A stretch of 64,000 nt of DNA. Origin: Escherichia phage vB_EcoM_JNE01. Both the position numbers and the translations under genes were made by a program. Below, in pieces: positions 9,845 to 19,147 of the stretch (within the stretch, counting starts at the first letter, position 1; each line of letters begins with the position of its first letter). The notes under the pieces were generated by a model. The model did no database searches, had not been told where the DNA came from, and saw only the letters and a program-made list of their open reading frames with translations. The stretch lies in the sequence record OR670491; one strand, written 5' to 3'.

Positions 9845-10380
9845 AAGAAGCTTGTGTAGTAACATTCGGGAGAGTTAACCCGATACATAAAGGACATGGA
9901 TTAGTGTTTGAAAAGGCACAATCCCTACAAGAACAGTACGATGCGGACTTAAAGATCTTCCTAAGTACCAGTACTGATAATGTTAAAAACCCCTTACCAC
10001 CTGAATTGAAAATGTATTACACAGAGGGATTCTATCCTAATGTGCAAGAAAACATTTGCATTGAGGACAATTTATTTGATATAATGAGAGAGTTAGATGG
10101 GAAGTACATGGATGTGTTGTTCATCTGTGGCTCTGACAGGATTAACTCTTTCCAAAAAACTCTTGACAGCTACAATGGTAAGCTGTATAATTTCTGTAAT
10201 ATTAAGGCAATCCAAGCAGGTATTGACCGTAATGTTAGTAAGTACAGTTCAACACAAATGCGTTCCTTTGCTAAGAATGATGACTTCGAAAGCTTCAGTT
10301 CATTTTTACCAGGGAATGATATCGACTTAAAACAAAAACTCTTTGAAGATGTAGTAAAATACATGAGGAAAGAATTATGA
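9841..10380 (+). CDS. nucleotidyltransferase, NMN/NaMN adenylyltransferase-like
   Basis: GRVNPIHKGH (HxGH-type) and C-terminal SSTQMR (SxTxxR-like) motifs. Confidence 0.5.
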   Translation: MKEACVVTFGRVNPIHKGHGLVFEKAQSLQEQYDADLKIFLSTSTDNVKNPLPPELKMYYTEGFYPNVQENICIEDNLFDIMRELDGKYMDVLFICGSDRINSFQKTLDSYNGKLYNFCNIKAIQAGIDRNVSKYSSTQMRSFAKNDDFESFSSFLPGNDIDLKQKLFEDVVKYMRKEL

Positions 10381-10667
10381 CAGTACTGTTCAAAACAAGC
10401 CCATTACTATGGGAACAAAATGAAGCAGCAGGATATCGTAAAGTTCATGTAGAGTACGAGGGTAACACTATCCTTGCTTTCGTTGCGAATCGTACTTTCG
10501 GTAAATGGACTTCACTGCTTATCCCAATGGGGTACACTTACAATCGTTCTGAAGTAACTGCTATCTCTAAGCTGTACAATAATGCTCCGGTAATTATGGA
10601 TCTACTTAGTAAAGACGATTTGACACATGAAGATGTGATTAAATTTCTGGCAACCCTGAATGCATGA
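10377..10667 (+). CDS. hypothetical protein (96 aa)
   Basis: ORF, ATGA overlap with upstream gene. Confidence 0.5.
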   Translation: MTVLFKTSPLLWEQNEAAGYRKVHVEYEGNTILAFVANRTFGKWTSLLIPMGYTYNRSEVTAISKLYNNAPVIMDLLSKDDLTHEDVIKFLATLNA

Positions 10668-10689
10668 GATTGAACTAACAGGATACTTT

Positions 10690-10938
10690 ATGCAAGAATC
10701 CATGATAGAAACTTTCCACAATTTCGAGGCACTTGAGAGTACTCAAATGTGGCAGGTAAAATCAATTTTTGGCGTTTTCAGTACAGAACACCAAGAACTA
10801 TTGAATAAGTTATCGAGTACTGGTATACTGTGTACAATAAAGATTGGTGTTCATGTCCACAAAGGGTATGTCATTTATTTTGACAAATCCAGATATTTTT
10901 ATATTGTAAAGGAGCAATACATTGACAAATACAAATAG
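10690..10938 (+). CDS. hypothetical protein (~82 aa)
   Basis: ORF; internal ATG 10690 chosen (track start 10660). Confidence 0.45.
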   Translation: MQESMIETFHNFEALESTQMWQVKSIFGVFSTEHQELLNKLSSTGILCTIKIGVHVHKGYVIYFDKSRYFYIVKEQYIDKYK

Positions 10939-11539
10939 TAATACTTATTTCCGCTACCTACGTCTCGGCCTGTCTCTACGTCCAATTCGTGGTAAATGTG
11001 ATTCTTTAGCGGACTTAGATTACGCTTATGCATTGCATTGTGATGGTGTACAATATGTCCTGGGTGACTTCGGTACGTTTGAAGAAACCAATGACAGTAC
11101 TGAACTAAAGACTGGTATTGATAATCTCAATCTCATTACCAACAGTTCACGTCATGATATTGTTCTTGAAATTCAAAACTTCATTGAACAAAATACTGGT
11201 AAGCGTACTTGGTCATATGTCGGTACTGATACCCAACTCTCTGTAGCGTTCGGTAATGACGAGGGTTATGTAGCCCAACTTATTATGGACTTTGAGAACG
11301 AAGAGAAGTTCCTTGAGTTCAAGGATAAGATTATGCAATCCTTGATTCATATGGGTATTCAAGAAGAGAATATGCCAGAGATTAAAGATATTGAAGAGTT
11401 TGTTTTAATCCCATCTGATGAGAAGTATGATGCGATGTTTACCAATCTCAAAGTTCCAGGAGTTATCGTGGAGTTCTTTGATGATGGTGATGACAGCATT
11501 TACATCGACCTAGATGACGATGGTGACGATGACGAATAA
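10922..11539 (+). CDS. hypothetical protein (205 aa), acidic C-terminus
   Basis: Long ORF ending DLDDDGDDDE; terminator downstream. Confidence 0.55.
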   Translation: MTNTNSNTYFRYLRLGLSLRPIRGKCDSLADLDYAYALHCDGVQYVLGDFGTFEETNDSTELKTGIDNLNLITNSSRHDIVLEIQNFIEQNTGKRTWSYVGTDTQLSVAFGNDEGYVAQLIMDFENEEKFLEFKDKIMQSLIHMGIQEENMPEIKDIEEFVLIPSDEKYDAMFTNLKVPGVIVEFFDDGDDSIYIDLDDDGDDDE

Positions 11540-11547
11540 TTTTTATT

Positions 11548-11572
11548 GCCCGATGTATGTCGGGCTTTTTTG
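11548..11572 (+). terminator. rho-independent terminator
   Basis: GCCCGA...TCGGGC stem then TTTTTT. Confidence 0.65.
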
Positions 11573-11585
11573 TAAGGAATGATAT

Positions 11586-11870
11586 ATGAAATCAGAAGAT
11601 ATAGAATTTACATATAGAGTTCTTTATAAAATGTATGCAAATCCAGTTGAAAATGATTTCACTTACTATGAAACACTTAGAACAATATGGATAATTTACT
11701 TACAAAATATTAAAGATTATTTCATAGGAAAACATATAACAATTAATAACATAAAATATAAATGTACTGATGTTACTAGTTATAGTGGGAAACTATCTAT
11801 TGAATTTTATCATCAAAATTCTTTTTATAGAAGATATCTTTCGGAGGTTAATTTGAATGATATTCAGTGA
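11586..11870 (+). CDS. hypothetical protein, tandem paralog family A (1/4)
   Basis: ~90 aa ORF; shares motifs (EFTYRVLY..., Y-x-G-[KR]-[IL]) with 11857, 12110, 13012. Confidence 0.5.
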   Translation: MKSEDIEFTYRVLYKMYANPVENDFTYYETLRTIWIIYLQNIKDYFIGKHITINNIKYKCTDVTSYSGKLSIEFYHQNSFYRRYLSEVNLNDIQ

Positions 11871-12129
11871 TTTACAATTCACGTATAAATGTATATTCGA
11901 TATTAAAGAGTCAGATAAATTACTTGACAATTTGTGGAGAATGTATCTAGAAGAAATACGTGAATATTTTTCGAAAGATGGTGGCTACACTATTCTTTAC
12001 AATAACGTAAAGATGGAGTACCAATACCTCCATAGTTACAATGGTAGAATTGAGGTTAGATTCTTTTCTAGTCAAATTGGTGGAAGGGACTTTATTTTGG
12101 AAGAATTAGATGAATACGAAACAGTATAA
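11857..12129 (+). CDS. hypothetical protein, tandem paralog family A (2/4)
   Basis: Overlapping start with previous gene; similar sequence pattern. Confidence 0.5.
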   Translation: MIFSDLQFTYKCIFDIKESDKLLDNLWRMYLEEIREYFSKDGGYTILYNNVKMEYQYLHSYNGRIEVRFFSSQIGGRDFILEELDEYETV

Positions 12130-12415
12130 AGACTGGCAATTCATATACAGATATTTGTACCGCCAGCACATCGATAGTATAGTTGAGAATGACGCATTTC
12201 GAATATTATGGCGTAGGGAGTTAGAAAAGCTTCGTTCACATTTCGTGGATTCTATATTCACACAAGATGGTCACATTTTCAAATGCGTTAGTGAGTACAA
12301 CATTCACTCATATGATGGTAACGTTGCTATAAGTTTTCATAAAATAACTGACGTTGATGATGGAAGAACATATACATACGAGATGACAAAATTACCGGAG
12401 AATCTTAAAACATGA
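12110..12415 (+). CDS. hypothetical protein, tandem paralog family A (3/4)
   Basis: Overlapping start; similar sequence pattern. Confidence 0.5.
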   Translation: MNTKQYKDWQFIYRYLYRQHIDSIVENDAFRILWRRELEKLRSHFVDSIFTQDGHIFKCVSEYNIHSYDGNVAISFHKITDVDDGRTYTYEMTKLPENLKT

Positions 12416-12612
12416 TACACTGTCCACATTGTAACAGTACTCAAATCGCTCGCTTCCGTCTTGATTCAGACTGGGCTAGTGGTGCTGGTGATTTCTTTCC
12501 CGTCAATGATGATGCGGAATATACTGAAGAACAACATAAAGATTTTGATAAATCATGGCGACCTGATATTGAATGCTTTTACTGCCTAGCGTGTGGTCGT
12601 ATCCATGACTAG
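12412..12612 (+). CDS. zinc-ribbon protein (66 aa)
   Basis: CPHC ... CLAC cysteine pairs. Confidence 0.45.
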   Translation: MIHCPHCNSTQIARFRLDSDWASGAGDFFPVNDDAEYTEEQHKDFDKSWRPDIECFYCLACGRIHD

Positions 12613-12838
12613 AGGTGAATTAGCCAGACGTACATTATCTATGCTTAAAGACTTCAACCACCAAAAAACAACTGAATATTACATTTCAACTTTACTTGAT
12701 TATTACTACCAGAGAAAAGTAATCCTGGGTCGTCATGAATTCACAGTGCTACACATGTACAGCAATGGTTTAGTATCTGTTAAAAATGAAACTTATGGTA
12801 CACAAATTTTAGCATTAAACATTCTTGGAGATATATAA
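12593..12838 (+). CDS. hypothetical protein (81 aa)
   Basis: ORF. Confidence 0.45.
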   Translation: MVVSMTRGELARRTLSMLKDFNHQKTTEYYISTLLDYYYQRKVILGRHEFTVLHMYSNGLVSVKNETYGTQILALNILGDI

Positions 12839-13015
12839 ATGAGTAATAAACTATTCTTTTTCCTATGGAGTCTGTTCTCTCTTACAGTACTGTCAATTGC
12901 AGGTGCTTATTTGTTTTTAAGCATGGATACATGGTATATCAATTTACTATGTCCATTTGTTGCAGTTGGATTTGGATTTACTTTACATAGTGTAATTAAA
13001 GACTTTAAAGAATGA
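12839..13015 (+). CDS. small membrane protein (58 aa, two hydrophobic segments)
   Basis: ATG right after upstream TAA; hydrophobic LFFFLWSLFSLTVLSIAGAYLFL; not in ORF track. Confidence 0.35.
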   Translation: MSNKLFFFLWSLFSLTVLSIAGAYLFLSMDTWYINLLCPFVAVGFGFTLHSVIKDFKE

Positions 13016-13302
13016 ATACAGAATCCAGTACTAAACTGCTACTAAAAGACATAGAATTCACTACAAAGGTTTTATATGAGTACTGGTCAGACAAAATTTT
13101 AGTTCAGTGTAATTCTGCTATGACAGATTTATATTTCAATACAGTTGATATTTTTAGAAATGAATTAATGCACAAACCTGTATTGTACAGGAATGAAGAG
13201 TACCAAATAGCTGCTGTTTCAACCAGTGCAGGAATGCTATTCTTGGATATTGAAAATTATAATTCATTTAGACCTGATGTACATTGGAAAACTTTAAGAT
13301 GA
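13012..13302 (+). CDS. hypothetical protein, paralog family A (4/4)
   Basis: DIEFTTKVLYEY motif as in 11586. Confidence 0.5.
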   Translation: MNTESSTKLLLKDIEFTTKVLYEYWSDKILVQCNSAMTDLYFNTVDIFRNELMHKPVLYRNEEYQIAAVSTSAGMLFLDIENYNSFRPDVHWKTLR

Positions 13303-13553
13303 ATCACAAACTAATTAATAATACAGCTACTATGCTTGCAGATAGTACGTATGAAATGGGGTTTGTCTCTAGGGCAATAGTAAAGCGTGAATTTCGAGAG
13401 AATATTCAGACATTGTATCAAGAAAAATATCCAAATGTTATTGACATATTGTTCACCTTTGATATACGTGTTTGCTTTACTAATTGCAGAAATCACCGTG
13501 AGCACTGCCCTTTGGATAAATTTGATATCTATTTCTCTACACCAGAGGTTTAA
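13299..13553 (+). CDS. hypothetical protein (~84 aa)
   Basis: ORF, ATGA overlap with upstream stop. Confidence 0.45.
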   Translation: MNHKLINNTATMLADSTYEMGFVSRAIVKREFRENIQTLYQEKYPNVIDILFTFDIRVCFTNCRNHREHCPLDKFDIYFSTPEV

Positions 13554-13832
13554 ATGACTCAACTTATTAACTGCAATCTTACCCAGCATACTATGAGTAT
13601 GCTTCATAAAAGCCTCCATGAAGAAAATATGAACATACAGAATGATTTGAGAATGAAGATAAAAAATGATCTCAATCGAATAATCAATATGTATTACAAG
13701 ACTAAACACAGTTCTATAATTAGTACATATTATGATTATGACCGCATTCGTGTTTCATACATCAACCGTAGCGGTAGTTTATGTGAGTCATACCTTGATA
13801 CTGTTATTGTTGAAAATATCCGTACAATTTAG
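13554..13832 (+). CDS. hypothetical protein (92 aa)
   Basis: ORF. Confidence 0.45.
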   Translation: MTQLINCNLTQHTMSMLHKSLHEENMNIQNDLRMKIKNDLNRIINMYYKTKHSSIISTYYDYDRIRVSYINRSGSLCESYLDTVIVENIRTI

Positions 13833-13893
13833 TCTGAACAAAATCTCAAGAAGTGATATAATAGTTGGTATGGAATAATAACTAACACAAGGA

Positions 13894-14631
13894 GTGTGTA
13901 AAGTGCTTGACCGTATCCGTTTTGCGACAGAGATCGCTAATCAAATGAATATTGCAAATTTTCAAATGCTCACATCTGTTATGGCTGAACATGCAACAGC
14001 GTATTCAGTAAGTGGTGTTCAGTGTGGACAAGAAAACCTTTTGGCTGATGTTTACAGTGAAGTCCAAAGTAAACAGTACAGCGTTAAAACATTCAGAGAT
14101 AAGTTTGTTAGTCTCTATATGAATGAAGATATTAAAGAAGACCGTAAATTCACGGACTTTATTATCGAACGAAGAGTGTCGGGAGTATCAAATCCTAATG
14201 CAGATAGTGATTCTGTATTTGCTGAAGTACTGAAAGATATATACGAAAATGAAGCTAAAAGTCTTAATCATTACAATGTACGTGAAACTAACACAGTGCT
14301 CTTGGGATATGATGAAGATGACCAGTACTACTATTTTCGTATGACCGAAGTACCATTTGAGTACCCTACACCACAAAGCACTTCAATTAAAGAGTTCACC
14401 GAGAAAAGTAAAAACTTCAAAATGCACGAAGGAAATCGTTGCAGTGTAGAAGGTTATGATGAAAACGGCACACATGTCTATAGCTGGGTCCACCCTAACT
14501 GTCAGACATATACTCGTTGCTTAAAGAAACGTTATAATCTTGAAGAACATGAATCTTTTTACTTTAAAGTTAAAAAACAAGAATACAATCGCCCTGCTGA
14601 CTCTGAGCTAATGGGAATGATTTACTTCTAA
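13894..14631 (+). CDS. hypothetical protein (~245 aa)
   Basis: ORF; GTG starts at 13894/13903 after AAGGAG; start uncertain. Confidence 0.5.
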   Translation: MCKVLDRIRFATEIANQMNIANFQMLTSVMAEHATAYSVSGVQCGQENLLADVYSEVQSKQYSVKTFRDKFVSLYMNEDIKEDRKFTDFIIERRVSGVSNPNADSDSVFAEVLKDIYENEAKSLNHYNVRETNTVLLGYDEDDQYYYFRMTEVPFEYPTPQSTSIKEFTEKSKNFKMHEGNRCSVEGYDENGTHVYSWVHPNCQTYTRCLKKRYNLEEHESFYFKVKKQEYNRPADSELMGMIYF

Positions 14632-14641
14632 GGACTATAGT

Positions 14642-14914
14642 ATGATAAATGATGAATTGAAGCGTGATTTATGGACGTATGATTATCTGGTTGATTTGGA
14701 TTGTGGTTGGAAATATAACTATGTAACACATGCTATACTATCTGATCACAGTATTAAGATATATAACACGTACCATAAGAAGCCAATTCATCACTATGGA
14801 ATGAATAAGTCTGGAATAATTGATGACATTGAATTTGACGTATTTGGTGTATACATACACGTTTCCTTCCTTGATGGTACACAGGGTTTATACACTATAG
14901 ATGAAATGAATTAA
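14642..14914 (+). CDS. hypothetical protein (90 aa)
   Basis: ORF; strong terminator downstream. Confidence 0.5.
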   Translation: MINDELKRDLWTYDYLVDLDCGWKYNYVTHAILSDHSIKIYNTYHKKPIHHYGMNKSGIIDDIEFDVFGVYIHVSFLDGTQGLYTIDEMN

Positions 14915-14915
14915 T

Positions 14916-14940
14916 GACCAGCACTGTGCTGGTCTTTTTT
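14916..14940 (+). terminator. rho-independent terminator
   Basis: GACCAGCA...TGCTGGTC stem then TTTTTT. Confidence 0.7.
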
Positions 14941-14953
14941 GTAGGAATACATA

Positions 14954-15643
14954 ATGATTAAAGATATAGATAAAGTACTGTTTGTACTAAAAGGTATAGT
15001 CACTTTGTATCGTGATATTACAAATATGCAATCCACCTTTGGATTAAAAGACATGGAAACTGAATATACACATTTGGAATACCTTAAATCGTCCCTATGT
15101 ACCGAGGATTCGGAGTACTCAATTCATCCAGTACTGGTAGAGCCATTTCAGGGTACTGGGTTCGGTATTTTCGATAAGAACATGGAACTAATTTCGATGT
15201 TCAGAGTTATGGACGGTCTTATCAACAGAACAGTACTATACAGTACGTGGGCTAACATAAATCCAAAATATCCAACGATTAAAGCCTTTGATGGTTCCCA
15301 AAAAGAAATAACCGTCGATGTTGATGAGAACATGACAGAGGAAGAACACTTCCAGACTTTAATGTTCAGGCAAATGCCAGAGTATAAACATATGATTGAT
15401 GCAATCAATTATACTAAAGAGATACTTCCTGCACTTGAAGTAAACAAATTCATGCACCCTGTTGATTACAATCACTTGAACTTAGATTTATCTAATACAC
15501 ACTTCTCTGAAAAGGTATTACAGTGTATTCAAAATGATACTAAGTTTGATTTCCTAAAAATACTAAAAGAAAATCCAAGAACAGATTTCTTTAAAGAATA
15601 TAATAATTCGTTCAGTACTGGCGATACTTCATGGTGGAAATAA
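14954..15643 (+). CDS. hypothetical protein (229 aa)
   Basis: Long ORF. Confidence 0.55.
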   Translation: MIKDIDKVLFVLKGIVTLYRDITNMQSTFGLKDMETEYTHLEYLKSSLCTEDSEYSIHPVLVEPFQGTGFGIFDKNMELISMFRVMDGLINRTVLYSTWANINPKYPTIKAFDGSQKEITVDVDENMTEEEHFQTLMFRQMPEYKHMIDAINYTKEILPALEVNKFMHPVDYNHLNLDLSNTHFSEKVLQCIQNDTKFDFLKILKENPRTDFFKEYNNSFSTGDTSWWK

Positions 15644-15906
15644 TGGACATACAATCTCAATTACAATTGTTAACAGTACTTGAAGATGCGGCGTTTCAGG
15701 TTGTATCAGATATAAACAAATTACTCCCACCTGGAACTAAAGTACGTGTTAGAGAGAAGAGTTATAATACTTTCGAAATAGTTGAACAGGAATTAACTGT
15801 AAAAAAAGTAACTTATTATGACTCAACATTATGTATTCAGTGCGAAGATAAAGACGAGATGTTATTGTATTATAATCAACACACAGATATAGAGGTAATA
15901 TCATGA
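15643..15906 (+). CDS. hypothetical protein, dispersed small paralog family B
   Basis: ~85 aa; shares [LV]xD...G[KT]KVR core with 19148, 19398, 22117, 23118; start 15631 or 15643. Confidence 0.45.
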   Translation: MDIQSQLQLLTVLEDAAFQVVSDINKLLPPGTKVRVREKSYNTFEIVEQELTVKKVTYYDSTLCIQCEDKDEMLLYYNQHTDIEVIS

Positions 15907-17045
15907 CACATTTACAAATATACGAAGACCTAATGCACTTGTGCAAAACAAATGAAGCATTTTTTTATGTTGATCATAAAAGTCCGGCTGGTGGTACATA
16001 CCGTGTATTCACCTATCGTCTGGCTTCTTACACAGATTTCAGTCTTCCTAATGCACTGGAAACACGTGGTTCTATGTGGGAGATTGATGAAGATGGTGAA
16101 ATGATTCGTTGTGCTTCGCGTGCAATGAAAAAGTTCTTCAATGCTTACGAGAACCCATTTACAATGTTCAGTCCAGATACAACATGCGATGATATTGCTA
16201 TCGTGATGCCTAAACTGGATGGTTCAATCATCAGTACATTTCGTGATAATGATGGTGAAATCCGTTGTAAATCACATACTTCCTTGTCATCTGACCACGC
16301 AATTAACAGTACTCGACTATTGAACGAGAACCGTAATTTGTATGATTATGTAGACGAAGCTGAACGTTTAGGTTATACTGTGAATCTGGAGTATACAAGT
16401 CCAGAGTACCGAATAGTATTACCATATCAAGTAGAACAGTTATTTGTACTTAATGTTCGTCATCGATTGAGTGGTGAGTTGTTATGCGGTGCTGCATTAC
16501 GTTCGAAGTTCCCTTGTTTAGCACAATACAGTACTAACATGACAGGTAATAACATCTGTTCATCGTTTCCGGTGCGTTCTACCTTCAAAGAAAGTGTAGA
16601 TGAAGTACGTAAAATGGTTGACATTGAAGGATTTGTGTGTATCCTAAATAATGGTACAATGTGCAAATTGAAAACTGATTGGTATTGTTCATTGCATCTT
16701 ACAAAAGACAGTATTCTTATACCGTCACATTTGTACGAAACTGTACTCAATGATGCCAGTGATGACCTGAAACAATTGTTCAGTACTGATGAATATGCAA
16801 TGCAGTTGATATTAAAAATGGAACAGCGTGTCTTTTCATGCTATAATGCTTTACAAGATGAAGTAGAGAGCTTCGTCCAACAATACAAGCACTTGGAGCG
16901 AAAGGAATTCGCAATGAAGGTTCAGGAATGTCTTAAGAATGAACTGAACCGTCAGGGCTTGGCCTTTGCGTTGTACAACGGTAAAGTGGTGAATTATAAA
17001 GAAACTTTATTGAAGTACTACAAAGATGTACTAAAGGATTTTTAG
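15903..17045 (+). CDS. rnlA: RNA ligase 1 (T4 Rnl1-like)
   Basis: N-terminal FFY...SPAGGTYRVFTYRLASYTDF...ALETRG and ligase motif I KLDGS align with T4 Rnl1 as recalled. Confidence 0.85.
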   Translation: MTHLQIYEDLMHLCKTNEAFFYVDHKSPAGGTYRVFTYRLASYTDFSLPNALETRGSMWEIDEDGEMIRCASRAMKKFFNAYENPFTMFSPDTTCDDIAIVMPKLDGSIISTFRDNDGEIRCKSHTSLSSDHAINSTRLLNENRNLYDYVDEAERLGYTVNLEYTSPEYRIVLPYQVEQLFVLNVRHRLSGELLCGAALRSKFPCLAQYSTNMTGNNICSSFPVRSTFKESVDEVRKMVDIEGFVCILNNGTMCKLKTDWYCSLHLTKDSILIPSHLYETVLNDASDDLKQLFSTDEYAMQLILKMEQRVFSCYNALQDEVESFVQQYKHLERKEFAMKVQECLKNELNRQGLAFALYNGKVVNYKETLLKYYKDVLKDF

Positions 17046-17074
17046 TACTAACTAGCCTAGCACAAGGAGAAGTG

Positions 17075-17329
17075 ATGGCTAAACCTAAGTATAAAAATGA
17101 CGGTTCCCTTTCTCCGACCGAGTTCAGGAAAATACAACAAGATATCGATGAATTACAGCACAAACGCTCAAAGAAAGGTGTGAAGATTAGTAAGAAAAGA
17201 ATCGAGAATACTTTTGGGTGTAGTAGTACTGAATACAAGAAGAAGAGGAAACCAAAAGACGTGAAACCGAGAATACATGATGTGTCTCGACATACGTCTA
17301 AACGTGAAAACAAATTCGATCCACTATAA
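17075..17329 (+). CDS. small lysine-rich basic protein
   Basis: ORF after AAGGAG; K/R-rich. Confidence 0.45.
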   Translation: MAKPKYKNDGSLSPTEFRKIQQDIDELQHKRSKKGVKISKKRIENTFGCSSTEYKKKRKPKDVKPRIHDVSRHTSKRENKFDPL

Positions 17330-17338
17330 GGAGTTCAT

Positions 17339-17569
17339 ATGAAAGTTGAAGTTCAGCATAGTATTGTACAAGATATGTCCGTTGTGAAATTTCTATCATT
17401 GAAAGATTATTTCAGATGCATCAAGTTCCTAGAAGAATCGAAACTACAGTGGACACCGTTGAAGTACAGTTCATCCAATGATACAGCCAGTATTCGTTGT
17501 GATGAATCTGTGCTTGTGAAAATCTCTAAGAGATTTGGGGTAGGTAAAGTTAATGAGCACAGTAAGTGA
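17339..17569 (+). CDS. hypothetical protein (76 aa)
   Basis: ORF after AAGGAG. Confidence 0.45.
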   Translation: MKVEVQHSIVQDMSVVKFLSLKDYFRCIKFLEESKLQWTPLKYSSSNDTASIRCDESVLVKISKRFGVGKVNEHSK

Positions 17570-17807
17570 TCTAAAATACTACAACAAAACTGCGGATACG
17601 TTTATTACTCATTTATATGAAGAATTTAGTCGTATCCGCACGGAATATACAGGTAAATGTATTTTTTATTGTTCTTATCATAGTGGCGAAATTGAACGTG
17701 CTTACATTACTAAAGTGAAGTTCAGTGATGACTATCAATTACTCTTTGAATTAGATAATTGTTTCGTTATTGAAGCTAGTTTGATAATGGATGTACTGGA
17801 TAATTGA
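17553..17807 (+). CDS. hypothetical protein (84 aa)
   Basis: ORF. Confidence 0.45.
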   Translation: MSTVSDLKYYNKTADTFITHLYEEFSRIRTEYTGKCIFYCSYHSGEIERAYITKVKFSDDYQLLFELDNCFVIEASLIMDVLDN

Positions 17808-17813
17808 GGACAT

Positions 17814-18128
17814 ATGAATAAAGAACTTGCACATGAAGGTATCGAAAAGTTAAAGTACATTGAAAGGGAACTAATAGAATCCGTCGAATCTTTGATAGAA
17901 GATTACGTTTTCGATTTTAAGAAAACATTGATTGGATGTAAAGTAAAATGCTGGGATCATACAATCAGAGAATGGTTCAGTACTATTATTCTTGATGTTA
18001 AAGTATCTCGTACTGCTATTGGTAACTTAGTAAATGGTGAATGCTTTGTATACACTGAATACAATAACGGAACACGTCACCTTTCAAGAGGATGGCACAG
18101 ACTCGAAGATGTAAAATTTATCGAGTAA
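17814..18128 (+). CDS. hypothetical protein (104 aa)
   Basis: ORF. Confidence 0.45.
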   Translation: MNKELAHEGIEKLKYIERELIESVESLIEDYVFDFKKTLIGCKVKCWDHTIREWFSTIILDVKVSRTAIGNLVNGECFVYTEYNNGTRHLSRGWHRLEDVKFIE

Positions 18129-18140
18129 TAAGGAGTAATA

Positions 18141-19085
18141 ATGCCGACTATTACATTAACAGTTGGTTTGCCAGGATGTGGTAAAACTACATGGGCTGTT
18201 GAAGCAATTCGAAAAGCAAAGTCAAAGACTGTCAATATCAACCGTGATGACATTCGTGAGTCAATGGCTGGTTCACATGATGCATACAAATTCAACGACG
18301 CTAATGAGCAGTACGTAACTACATTACAGTTCAGTGCAGCCGATTTAGCAGCTAAGAATTCGTGGAACATCATCGTTTCTGACACGAACCTTAAACAAGG
18401 TTTTCGTGATAAATGGAAAATGTGGGCTTCAGACAATGGGTACGACTACAAAGAAAAAGACTTCTATCAGGATTTTGAACCTAAAGAAGACCGTGGTGCT
18501 GATGTACATGAATTCTTTAAGATTAAAGAATATGTAAAACTTTGTAAGACTCGTAACCTAAAACGCGAACGTTCAGTACAGGACAGTATCATTGATACTA
18601 TGGCACATACGTACTATTACAGTAAAATGCGTATGTTCAATGCGTATGAGCTTCAGAATTATGACTCATTACCGCATTGTATTATTGTTGATATCGATGG
18701 TACACTAGCTCATAAAGGGGGTCGTAATCCATTCGATGAAAGTACTGTCCTACAGGATACTCCAGACGAGGAAGTAATTCTTTCAGTAATTGCAGAAGCA
18801 CAGTTCTTTAAACGCAAGATTATCGTTATGTCCGGCAGGACTGAAGGGTGCAGAGAAGATACTGAGAAGTGGTTACTGACTTGGGGTGTGCCTTATGATG
18901 AACTATATATGCGAGCAATTGATGATAAACGTCCTGATGATGTAGTTAAGTACGAGTTACTATCTAAACACGTTGCTGGGAAGTACACGGTCAAGAAGGT
19001 TTATGATGACCGTGAGGCAGTAACATTTATGTGGCGTAACCTAGTAGGATTGAAAGTATTCCAAGTCGAACCTGGATTATTTTGA
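18141..19085 (+). CDS. pseT: polynucleotide 5'-kinase/3'-phosphatase (T4 Pnk-like)
   Basis: Walker A GLPGCGKTT, NINRDD, HAD motif IVDIDGTLA; overall pattern like T4 PseT. Confidence 0.85.
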   Translation: MPTITLTVGLPGCGKTTWAVEAIRKAKSKTVNINRDDIRESMAGSHDAYKFNDANEQYVTTLQFSAADLAAKNSWNIIVSDTNLKQGFRDKWKMWASDNGYDYKEKDFYQDFEPKEDRGADVHEFFKIKEYVKLCKTRNLKRERSVQDSIIDTMAHTYYYSKMRMFNAYELQNYDSLPHCIIVDIDGTLAHKGGRNPFDESTVLQDTPDEEVILSVIAEAQFFKRKIIVMSGRTEGCREDTEKWLLTWGVPYDELYMRAIDDKRPDDVVKYELLSKHVAGKYTVKKVYDDREAVTFMWRNLVGLKVFQVEPGLF

Positions 19086-19098
19086 TACAATAAAATAT

Positions 19099-19130
19099 AT
19101 GAGCGGATCATTTGATTCCGCTCATTTTTA
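19099..19130 (+). terminator. rho-independent terminator
   Basis: ATGAGCGGA...TCCGCTCAT stem then TTTT. Confidence 0.65.
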
Positions 19131-19147
19131 TCTAAGGATAAAGTACT

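Noticed and set aside
16933-17313. 126-aa reverse-strand ORF
   Set aside because: Antisense to the rnlA 3' end and the basic-protein gene; no RBS or promoter context.
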